From the NCBI GenBank assembly GCA_947594845.1, contig CANQEI010000001.1, forward strand, positions 39,715-103,714: a stretch of DNA of 64,000 nucleotides, in the 5' to 3' direction. Positions 9,169 to 17,089 of this stretch are shown one piece after another. The notes under the pieces were generated by a model, which saw only the letters and a list, made by a program, of their open reading frames with translations, did not search any database and was not told the DNA's origin. The stretch is from an uncultured Clostridia bacterium (GTDB taxonomy: Bacteria > Bacillota > Clostridia > TANB77 > CAG-508). A program made the position numbers and the translations under genes. Every line of letters begins with the position of its first letter. Positions within the stretch are counted from its first letter, which is position 1.

Positions 9169-10179
9169 GTGAAAGACAAAAAAATTATTATATTTCAAAT
9201 AATAGTATTTATAATAGGCTTAATTCTTATAGAAACATATTTAAATTTAAGAAATAATAATATTCAAAAAGTGTATGAAACACATAAAAAAATTGATTAT
9301 GAAGTTTATTTAAAACCAAATGATTTTTATGAAAATCAAATTTTAGAGTCTAAAGGATGCTATGCTGCTAAATCAATTGATTTTTTAAAAATAAATTTTG
9401 AACATCAAATAATTGGCGTTGACAATATGGATATGGAATATAAATATAAGATCACTAATCGTTTATTTGCTACAGCTGTAAATGGGGAAAATGTGGATAA
9501 TACCATTTGGGAGAGAGATTACTTTGTTTTTGAAAGTGATATAAAAAATAAAAATATAGGTCAAAATATTATAACAGAAGATTTTGATATTAATTATGAT
9601 TTTTATAGAAATTTAGTAAATTCTTATGAAGAACAATATGGTATACAAGTGAATGCTGTTTTGAAAGTGCGATTAGATGTTTTTTATAACATAAAATCAG
9701 AAAAAGAAAAATGCTTGGAAGATTATATAGAATTTGATATTCCAGTAACTGATTTAGTTTTAGAGCCACAAGAAAACTATGAAGAGAATTCTTTAAAAAA
9801 CATTATTATTCAAAAAGATAAATATAAAATTGCTAAAAATGTTTGCTTTATATTAGGGAGTATAATGATTCTTGGAGATGTAATTTTGTACGCTGTAAAA
9901 ATTTATAAATTTAAATTAGGTTCAGAAAATAAATATGAAAAAAAGATTAGGAAAATTTTGAAATATTATAAGGATGATATTGTAATAATAAATAATGAAT
10001 TGAATTTATCTGAATATAAAGTTTTGAAAATTGCAAATTTTGAAGATATGATCAATTTAGCTGAACAAAACCAAACTAATGTCATATATTATGAGGCAGT
10101 AAAAAATGAAGTAAGTTATATGTATGTTATTGTTAGAGATTGTGTGTATTTCTATAAGATAGCTATAACAGATGTATAA
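9169..10179 (+). CDS. Membrane protein of unknown function (N-terminal TM, second hydrophobic segment near residue 225); third gene of the sipW cassette
   Basis: GTG start 6 nt downstream of GGTGGAG RBS. TM 'IIIFQIIVFIIGLILI'. No recognisable catalytic motif. Confidence 0.5.
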   Translation: MKDKKIIIFQIIVFIIGLILIETYLNLRNNNIQKVYETHKKIDYEVYLKPNDFYENQILESKGCYAAKSIDFLKINFEHQIIGVDNMDMEYKYKITNRLFATAVNGENVDNTIWERDYFVFESDIKNKNIGQNIITEDFDINYDFYRNLVNSYEEQYGIQVNAVLKVRLDVFYNIKSEKEKCLEDYIEFDIPVTDLVLEPQENYEENSLKNIIIQKDKYKIAKNVCFILGSIMILGDVILYAVKIYKFKLGSENKYEKKIRKILKYYKDDIVIINNELNLSEYKVLKIANFEDMINLAEQNQTNVIYYEAVKNEVSYMYVIVRDCVYFYKIAITDV

Positions 10180-10256
10180 AGCCCAATAACACTTAAATTA
10201 AGTTAAAAATATTTAATTTAGGTGTATTTTTATGTATAATAATTAAGAGGTAAAAA

Positions 10257-10712
10257 ATGATTAAGATTTTATTTGTATGTTTAGGAAATATTTGTAGATC
10301 TCCAATGGCTGAATTTATTTTTAAAGATATGGTAAAAAAGAGTGGAAGACAAAATGAATTTTATATAGAATCTGCAGCTACTAGTTATGAAGAAGTAGGA
10401 AACCCAGTTCATTATGGTACAGTAAGAAAACTTGCTGAAGTTGGAATAAAGGTAGAAAAAAGATGTGCTAGAAGATTGGAAAAAGAAGATTATAACAAAT
10501 TTAATTATATAATTGGTATGGAAAAATCTAATATAAATGCAATTTTAAATATTGTTGGACAAGATGTAGATAAAAAGATTTTTAGGTTATTAGATTTTTC
10601 AGAAAATCCTCGAGATATTGCAGATCCATGGTATACTCATAATTTTGATATTACGTATAATGATATAGTAGAAGGATGCGAAGCATTATTTGCAAAGCTT
10701 GTGCAAAGTTAA
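10257..10712 (+). CDS. Low-molecular-weight protein tyrosine phosphatase
   Basis: CX5R P-loop 'CLGNICRSPMAE' at the N-terminus and a downstream 'DP' acid motif; 151 aa. Confidence 0.85.
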   Translation: MIKILFVCLGNICRSPMAEFIFKDMVKKSGRQNEFYIESAATSYEEVGNPVHYGTVRKLAEVGIKVEKRCARRLEKEDYNKFNYIIGMEKSNINAILNIVGQDVDKKIFRLLDFSENPRDIADPWYTHNFDITYNDIVEGCEALFAKLVQS

Positions 10713-10739
10713 TTAATGTATTATAATATATTAAATATT

Positions 10740-10813
10740 GCGGGTATAGTTTAATGGTAGAATACCATGCTTCCGACCTGGTTGTCCGGGTTCGATTCCC
10801 GGTACCCGCTCCA
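10740..10813 (+). tRNA. tRNA-Gly(TCC), divergent (anticodon-stem mismatch, G37)
   Basis: Cloverleaf: acceptor GCGGGTA/TACCCGC, T-arm CCGGG-TTCGATT-CCCGG, anticodon loop CTTCCGA, discriminator U, CCA encoded. Versus the other two Gly(TCC) copies it has a T·C mismatch in the anticodon stem and a weak D-stem. Confidence 0.7.
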
Positions 10814-10983
10814 AAAGCCTATTTTTAGAAGTTTCGATTTATTTTATCGATATATATGCTAGAAATAGGCTTTAATTTTGCATATAAAAAATTAAAATAT
10901 GGATTTGTAAATATGATTGATGAATAGCTAATTTTATGATATATAATTTCTAAATAAACGGTTATTTATTGATGGAGAAAGTA

Positions 10984-11277
10984 ATGAAAGAAGAAGTGTA
11001 TGAGTTTTTAAGAACTATTCCAAAGGGAAAAGTTGTTACTTATGGGCAAATAGCAGAATACTTAGGAAACAAAAAATTAGCAAGAGTTATTGGAAATATT
11101 CTTCATAATAATCCAAATGAATACAAATATCCTTGTTATAAGGTGGTAGATAGCAAAGGTAATTTATCTAAAAATTTTGCTTTTGGTGGAATAGAAAAGC
11201 AAAAAGAAAAATTAGAAAAAGATGGGATAATTGTTAATAATTATAAGGTTGATTTAGATAAGTATAAAATGAAATAA
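10984..11277 (+). CDS. MGMT-family (methylated-DNA-protein-cysteine methyltransferase DNA-binding domain) small protein
   Basis: 'VVTYGQIAEYLG...ARVIGNILHNNP...PCYKVV' parallels the Ogt C-terminal HTH and PCHRV active-site box, with the Cys retained. ATG at 10984 lies 6 nt downstream of GGAG. Confidence 0.65.
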   Translation: MKEEVYEFLRTIPKGKVVTYGQIAEYLGNKKLARVIGNILHNNPNEYKYPCYKVVDSKGNLSKNFAFGGIEKQKEKLEKDGIIVNNYKVDLDKYKMK

Positions 11278-11304
11278 ATTATAGGTTTTGGAGGAATTTA
11301 AAAA

Positions 11305-11727
11305 ATGGTAGAAATAGAATATAAGGATAATTTAGAAGAAAAATTTTACGAAATAATAGATTCAGAGTTTAATAAATATGCTGAAAAAAATGGAGTAGTA
11401 TGTAATTATAAACCATTTTCATTTGTTGCAAATATAGATAATGAATTTGTTGGAATTATAACTGGAAATTCATATTATGAAGAAGTTCATATAGGTGATT
11501 TAATTGTTCTGGAACAATATAGAAAACAACATATTGGTAGAAAATTGGTAGAGGCAGTAGAAAATTACTTTCAAAATAAAGGATTTAATAATATAAATTT
11601 AACTACTTATGGTTTTCAGGCACTTGAGTTTTATAAAAAATGCGGATATGAAGTAGAATTTGTTAGAGAAAATAAAGAGAATCCAAAACTTAATAAATAT
11701 TTTTTAGTAAAATATTTGAATAACTAA
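11305..11727 (+). CDS. GNAT family N-acetyltransferase
   Basis: Acetyl-CoA binding motif 'QYRKQHIGRKLVEAVENY'; RBS 'ggagg'. Confidence 0.75.
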   Translation: MVEIEYKDNLEEKFYEIIDSEFNKYAEKNGVVCNYKPFSFVANIDNEFVGIITGNSYYEEVHIGDLIVLEQYRKQHIGRKLVEAVENYFQNKGFNNINLTTYGFQALEFYKKCGYEVEFVRENKENPKLNKYFLVKYLNN

Positions 11728-11851
11728 TAAACTGAAAGAAAAACAGTATTATGTTTTTTGTATTTTATGTGTATGACAAGATTAGAAGTTAAATTGGTAA
11801 TTAGGAATGTTATATTCTAACTATAAAAATGATTTATAGAGGAGAATAAAG

Positions 11852-12901
11852 ATGACTATTGAAGAAGAGTTATTTAGAAAAACAAAGATTGATTTTGACA
11901 AGATATTTGAATATGGATTTAAAAAAGATAAATCTTTGTATAAATATTCAACTAATATTATGAATAATACTTTTAGAGTTGATGTTGAAATAGATGATAA
12001 TGGAATAGTTAAAGGCAAAGTTTATGACTTATCTTTTGGTGATGAATATACTAATTTTCGTATAGAAGATAGTACAGGTTCTTTTGTAGGACAAGTTAGA
12101 GATGAATTTAAAAATTTATTAAAAGATATTAGAAGTAATTGTTTTACTAGAGAAACTTTTATATATGAGCAATCAAATAGAATAACGAAGGCAATAAATG
12201 AAAAGTATGGTGATGAGCCAGAATTTGAATGGGAAAAGTTTCCTGGCTTTGCTACTTTTAGAAATAAAGATAGTAAAAAATGGTATGGTATAATAATGAA
12301 TCTTGACAAAAGTAAGTTAGGTGAAAGTTCTACTGAAGAAATTGAGATAATTAATATAAAGCTAGATCCAAATGAAATAGTAGGTTTACTAAAGCAAGAT
12401 GGATTTTATCCTGCATATCATATGAATAAGAAAAGTTGGATTACAATTATATTAAATAATACTATACCAGATGAAAAAATAATGAGATTGATTGACAAAA
12501 GTTATTCATATACAGTTACAAATAAAAATAGTGCTAAAAATGAGTGGATAGTACCTGCAAATCCAATATACTTTGATATAGATAACGCTTTAAGAAAAAG
12601 TAATATCATAAGGTGGAAACAAACTACAGACATAAAAGCAAATGATATTGTTTATATATATGTTGGTAAGCCTTATTCATCAATTATGTATAAATTCAAA
12701 GTTTTAGAGGTGAATATTCCTTATGAGTATAAAGATAAAAATTTAAAAATGCAAAAAGTTATGAAAATAGATTTAATGAAAAGATATGAAAAAGGAAAAT
12801 TATCTTTTGAGAAATTAAAAGAATTTGGAATAAATGCAATTCGAAATCAAAGATATATGCCGTTAAATCTAAGCAAATATATTAGTGAAATTGAAAAATA
12901 A
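11852..12901 (+). CDS. Fusion of MmcQ/YjbR-family domain and EVE (PUA-like) domain protein
   Basis: The N-terminal half resembles the YjbR/MmcQ (DUF419) fold (…YHMNKKSWITIILNNTIPDE). The C-terminal ~120 aa resemble EVE ('NEWIVPANPIYFDIDNALRKSNIIRWKQTTDIKANDIVYIYV'). RBS 'agaggag'. Confidence 0.55.
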   Translation: MTIEEELFRKTKIDFDKIFEYGFKKDKSLYKYSTNIMNNTFRVDVEIDDNGIVKGKVYDLSFGDEYTNFRIEDSTGSFVGQVRDEFKNLLKDIRSNCFTRETFIYEQSNRITKAINEKYGDEPEFEWEKFPGFATFRNKDSKKWYGIIMNLDKSKLGESSTEEIEIINIKLDPNEIVGLLKQDGFYPAYHMNKKSWITIILNNTIPDEKIMRLIDKSYSYTVTNKNSAKNEWIVPANPIYFDIDNALRKSNIIRWKQTTDIKANDIVYIYVGKPYSSIMYKFKVLEVNIPYEYKDKNLKMQKVMKIDLMKRYEKGKLSFEKLKEFGINAIRNQRYMPLNLSKYISEIEK

Positions 12902-12929
12902 TTTGTAGAAAGGATTGGAGGAATAAATT

Positions 12930-13505
12930 ATGCAACATTTTAAAAAGTTAATAGGAGATAATATATACTTATCTCCAAAAGGTATATCAGATGAAGAAAC
13001 AGAACAGTTTACTGAATGGATGAATGATTTTCAAGTTACAGATTATATTGGCAGAAGTGGACAAATAACAACATTAAGTGGAGAAAAGGAATGGCTTGAG
13101 AATTCAGCAAAGAATACTGATAATAGAAATTTTAATATTATTGAATTAAGTAATAATAAATTAATTGGAACAATAGGATTAGAAGATTTTAAGTGGATTG
13201 AAAGAAGTGCCGTGCTTGGAATATTTATTGGAGATAAGGATTATAGAAACAATGGATATGGTACTGAAGCTATAAAATTATTATTAGAGTATGGTTTTAA
13301 ATATTTGAATTTACATAGCATAAGACTAAATTTGATTGATATAAATGAAAGAGCTCACAGATGCTATTTAAAATGTGGATTTAAAGATACAGGAAGAAAC
13401 AGAGAAGCAATATTTTTAAATGGAAAGTATTATGATAAATTGCATATGGATATTCTTGAAAATGAGTTTGATGGAGACTATATTAGAAATAAAAATATAA
13501 AATAA
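12930..13505 (+). CDS. GNAT family N-acetyltransferase (RimJ/RimL-like)
   Basis: 'YRNNGYGTEAIKLLLEYGFKYLNLHSIRL' is a GNAT motif A/B region; RBS 'ggaggaa'. Confidence 0.8.
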   Translation: MQHFKKLIGDNIYLSPKGISDEETEQFTEWMNDFQVTDYIGRSGQITTLSGEKEWLENSAKNTDNRNFNIIELSNNKLIGTIGLEDFKWIERSAVLGIFIGDKDYRNNGYGTEAIKLLLEYGFKYLNLHSIRLNLIDINERAHRCYLKCGFKDTGRNREAIFLNGKYYDKLHMDILENEFDGDYIRNKNIK

Positions 13506-13699
13506 TAAATAAACTCTTCTACCAATTAGAGGTTATATAATTTTACATAGGAAAATCAATATAGAATGAAATATATTTCTAAATTTTATTTACGAATTTT
13601 TTATTTTAGTGGCTAGGAAGCTAGTACAAGAATTCGTTGACATAAAAACAACATGATGATAAAATGTATGGCAAAATAATTATAATAGTAGGAGAAAAA

Positions 13700-13810
13700 A
13701 TGAGAGAAATAAAAGGATGTAGAAAAATTATAACAATATTACTATTAGTGGTAATTTTATTTATAACTTCAAGTGATATTGCTATGGGAATGTTTAATCG
13801 GAGAAAATGA
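13700..13810 (+). pseudogene. Out-of-frame N-terminal signal-peptide segment of the downstream LPXTG protein (frameshift in A4 tract)
   Basis: ATG at 13700 lies 5 nt downstream of AGGAG and encodes 'MREIKGCRKIITILLLVVILFITSSDIAMGMFNRRK*', a classic signal peptide. It overlaps the start of the large ORF in the +1 frame. Removing one A from the aaaa run at 13804-13807 fuses the two frames. Confidence 0.5.
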
Positions 13811-16800
13811 AACAGAAGCGGGTAATGAAATTATTGAAAAAGATATAGAAGATAATAACGATGTTTTATTAAATCCAGGAAAAGGACTTGTTTACTATGC
13901 TAGAAGATTAACTTATGATGATGAGCATGAAAATTTTCTTAGTTGGGTTTCTAAAGATATGTTAGATATATCTCAAGTTATTTATACTAGATATGATTGG
14001 TCAGAATTACAAAAAGAAGATGGAACTTTTGACTTTTCTTTAATAGATGAGGGAATCGCAGATTGCGTGAAATATAATAAAAAGTTTGCTTTTGGTGTAA
14101 TGTGTGCAGATGCATCATCAGTAGATGAACCATATGTAACGCCCAAATTTGTTTTTGATGCTGGTGCTAAATTTAATAAAACAAAAATAGGTCAATATAT
14201 TCCAAACTGGAAAGATGAAACTTTTTTAACATATGTAAATAAATTTGTAGAAGAATTAGGGAAAAGATATAATGGAAATCCAAATATTGCTTTCATTGAT
14301 ATTAGATCATATGGAAATTATGGTGAACAGCATTTGTTTGGCTTAGATGTTGTTGATGAGGCAGGAAATATAGATAAAAATTATATTTCAGAAAATAAAA
14401 TAGATTCGGAATTTTTAAAAGAAAAATATATTAAGCCATATATGGATGCTTTTCCAGATACACTACTAATTAATCCATGGGGAGAAGATATATTCAATGA
14501 CACTTATGAAGAGCTAATAGATGATGGTATTTCATTAAGAAGAGATGGAATAATAACATATGAAAATGGACTAGAAACGTGTGCTAAAACTTATGGAAAG
14601 CTTCCATTAATATTTGAATATGCTAGTAAATATGGTGAATATGAAGAAAATGGTGGGAGAGATTATTTTAATACTAGATTAGAAAATGCAATAAATATAG
14701 CTAAACCATCTTATATAGAGCTTGATAAAAAGTGGTATGAAGACGAAAATCAGGAATATTGTAAACAATTAGCTAATAGGGTTGGATATTATTTTAGACT
14801 AAAAAAGGTTACTTATCCTAAAAATGTAAAATCTGATATTTCATCAGTCATTTCTTTTGAATTTAAAAATGATGGAATTACTCCAATATGTGAAGATTGT
14901 AGTGTGTATGTTGGAATTTTAGATCAAAATAATAAATTAGTAAAAAAATATAAAACTGAGATAGATCCTAAAAATTGGGAACCAGGTTTAATGTCAAAAG
15001 AAGAAATATCTGTTAAATTTGAAGGAATAAATAGCGGAAGTTATAAATTAGCTGTAGGCTTATATAAAAATGATGAAGATGAAGCACCAACATATTTATT
15101 AGGAAGTGAAGGAAAAACAAGTGACAACTGGTATGTTTGTGGAGAGATAAATATCGAAGGAAATAAAACTGAAAATAATCAAATTAGTTATACTGAAAGA
15201 ATTATGCAAAATCCACCAGAAATAACTAAAGTGCAAGATGAAGAAAATTTGGAAAAAACAACAATATGGTGTACTCCAAAAAAAGAGGATCAAACTATAA
15301 ATCCAATATATAAATCATATGACTCAATACTTGAACCTGTTTCATGGAGAAATTCAATAATAGGACATAATAGTATATATTCAGCTAATAATGAATGGCC
15401 ACAGTTATATTCAGTAGAATTTGATGTAAATTGCAAAGAATTTTTTGTGAATACATGTACATCATTTAGAATATTAGTAGACGAAGGTAATGGATATGAA
15501 ATTACTAATCGCGATGGAATACAACAGACGACCAAAGAAACAGGAAGTTCAACTGACGCTTTCAAAGGTGTATGGTATAAAATAACATTTAACGAAAAGA
15601 AAGAAAGAAAAATAAAAGTTGAATTGACTGATTGCGTTTTTAATGGAGTTAGAATTTATGAAGATGATGAAATAAAAGCGGTCACAAGACAAAGTAATTC
15701 AAAAGTTTTATTTGTAGGCTCTAGTATTACTAGAGGAGGGGATTTGGCAGCATATTATTCTTGGCCAAATGTTACATCAAATATTTTAAATTTTGAGTGC
15801 ATGAATAATGGAGTCGGTGGCACTGGATTTTTAGCAGATTGTAAAGGCGCAAATGATGCATATTATGATAGATTAGTTATACTAATAAAAAAGTTGCAAC
15901 CAGATGTAATAATTTTAGAAGCAGGTCCGAATGATTTTTGGAGCAACTACAAAGCTAGTCAGGTAGTACCAGAAGCTGAAAAATGTATTGACTATATAAA
16001 AAATAATACAACTGCAAAATTAATTATGATTGGTGAATATTATCCTACAGTAATTATTCCAGGAGATGCTGTAGAAATTAATGATAAATTAAGACAATTA
16101 GCATTACAAAAACAAGTACCTTATATAGATTTATTGACAGGTGATACGTATGATGAAAAAAATGAAAAAATAACAATAGGAGCAGAAGGCTATATAACTG
16201 GAACGGGACATTTAGGCGATCCGCATAATGATGGAAATGCTGATAAATATGTACTTGAAGATGGAGTCCACTTAACAGTTGAAGGTAACAAATATTTTGG
16301 AGAAAAATTGGCAATAGAAATTGCAAAGCTTTTAGAATTAAAAATGACACCACAAGATCCTGAGGAAAGCGAACCAGGAGAACAAGAACCAGGAGAGCAG
16401 GAACCAGGAGAACAAGAACCAGGTGAGCAGGAACCAGGTGAACAAAATCCAGGTGAGCAAGAACCGGGAGAGCAAGAACCAGGTGAACAAAATCCAGGAG
16501 AGCAAGAACCGGGAGAGCAAGAACCAGGTGAGCAGAATCCAGGTGAACAAGAACCAGGCGAACAAAATCCAGGAGAGCAAGAACCAGGAGAACAAGAACC
16601 TGGCGAACAGGAACCAGGAGAGCAAGAACCAGAAAAACAAAAACCAGATAATGAAGAAACTGACCAGAAAGAGCCAGAAAAAAGTGAGTTGGATAAACAA
16701 GAAGATGAAGAGAAAGAGAAAAAAACTGAATCAGAAAAAAATAAAACTGTTAAACAAAAATCAACTGTAAATGAAACAGGGAAAACTCAGCAAAATTCAA

Positions 16801-16940
16801 CAAAATCATCATCTGTGCTACCAAAAACAGGACAGGATGAACTTAATATAAAATTATTTATTATGGCTATGGCAGTTATATTTAATATAATATTAATTAG
16901 TATTTTATATAAGAAAAAAATAAAAAATGCTAAGAAATAA
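13773..16940 (+). CDS. LPXTG cell-wall-anchored multidomain hydrolase: N-terminal glycoside-hydrolase-like (DUF4874/DUF4832-like) region, SGNH/GDSL esterase domain, (PGEQE)n linker, LPKTG sorting signal
   Basis: 'NPGKGLVYY...W..LQKEDGTFDF' is a GH-like block. SGNH blocks are 'VLFVGSSITRGG', 'ILEAGPNDF' and 'EDGVHLT'. The C-terminus 'LPKTGQDE' + hydrophobic helix + KKKIKNAKK is a sortase signal. As written, the ORF has no in-frame signal peptide. Confidence 0.75.
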   Translation: MILLWECLIGENETEAGNEIIEKDIEDNNDVLLNPGKGLVYYARRLTYDDEHENFLSWVSKDMLDISQVIYTRYDWSELQKEDGTFDFSLIDEGIADCVKYNKKFAFGVMCADASSVDEPYVTPKFVFDAGAKFNKTKIGQYIPNWKDETFLTYVNKFVEELGKRYNGNPNIAFIDIRSYGNYGEQHLFGLDVVDEAGNIDKNYISENKIDSEFLKEKYIKPYMDAFPDTLLINPWGEDIFNDTYEELIDDGISLRRDGIITYENGLETCAKTYGKLPLIFEYASKYGEYEENGGRDYFNTRLENAINIAKPSYIELDKKWYEDENQEYCKQLANRVGYYFRLKKVTYPKNVKSDISSVISFEFKNDGITPICEDCSVYVGILDQNNKLVKKYKTEIDPKNWEPGLMSKEEISVKFEGINSGSYKLAVGLYKNDEDEAPTYLLGSEGKTSDNWYVCGEINIEGNKTENNQISYTERIMQNPPEITKVQDEENLEKTTIWCTPKKEDQTINPIYKSYDSILEPVSWRNSIIGHNSIYSANNEWPQLYSVEFDVNCKEFFVNTCTSFRILVDEGNGYEITNRDGIQQTTKETGSSTDAFKGVWYKITFNEKKERKIKVELTDCVFNGVRIYEDDEIKAVTRQSNSKVLFVGSSITRGGDLAAYYSWPNVTSNILNFECMNNGVGGTGFLADCKGANDAYYDRLVILIKKLQPDVIILEAGPNDFWSNYKASQVVPEAEKCIDYIKNNTTAKLIMIGEYYPTVIIPGDAVEINDKLRQLALQKQVPYIDLLTGDTYDEKNEKITIGAEGYITGTGHLGDPHNDGNADKYVLEDGVHLTVEGNKYFGEKLAIEIAKLLELKMTPQDPEESEPGEQEPGEQEPGEQEPGEQEPGEQNPGEQEPGEQEPGEQNPGEQEPGEQEPGEQNPGEQEPGEQNPGEQEPGEQEPGEQEPGEQEPEKQKPDNEETDQKEPEKSELDKQEDEEKEKKTESEKNKTVKQKSTVNETGKTQQNSTKSSSVLPKTGQDELNIKLFIMAMAVIFNIILISILYKKKIKNAKK
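16371..16640 (+). repeat. 15-bp tandem repeat x ~18 (gaaccaggagaacaa) encoding (EPGEQ)n linker
   Basis: Direct reading shows consecutive 15-mers varying only at gaa/gag, caa/cag, aat/gaa. Confidence 0.85.
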
Positions 16941-16945
16941 AAATA

Positions 16946-16978
16946 AATGAGGATACTTTTTAGTATCCTCATTTTATA
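16946..16978. terminator. Bidirectional terminator between LPXTG gene and convergent fbp
   Basis: Hairpin 'aatgaggatac ttttta gtatcctcatt' with flanking T/A runs. Confidence 0.6.
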
Positions 16979-17089
16979 TTAATTTTTTTAATATAGGCTA
17001 TAACACAGTTACCACTAAATGAAGTTATAAGTATTATCATACAATAAAAACCAAATATATTATTAAAAATATATTTTAATTTGTTTGTT

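Noticed and set aside
10740-13600. Integrative mobile element at the tRNA-Gly.
   Set aside because: No integrase, excisionase or direct repeat of the tRNA 3' end was found. It is treated as an accessory islet, not a mobile element.
13773-13810. Programmed +1 ribosomal frameshift (prfB-like: GGAG then AAA-UGA).
   Set aside because: The SD-to-codon spacing is only 1 nt and there is no CUU-type slippery codon. A homopolymer indel is far more likely. It is kept only as a low-probability alternative in the finding.
16371-16640. Regular short repeats, considered as a possible CRISPR array.
   Set aside because: The units are contiguous 15-mers with no spacers, and they are coding (EPGEQ). This is not CRISPR. 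The 52197-52420 element also has only two copies.
16338-16770. ORFs 16338-16700 (-) and 16423-16770 (+), both highly repetitive.
   Set aside because: They are alternative-frame readings of the 15-bp tandem repeat inside the LPXTG gene.
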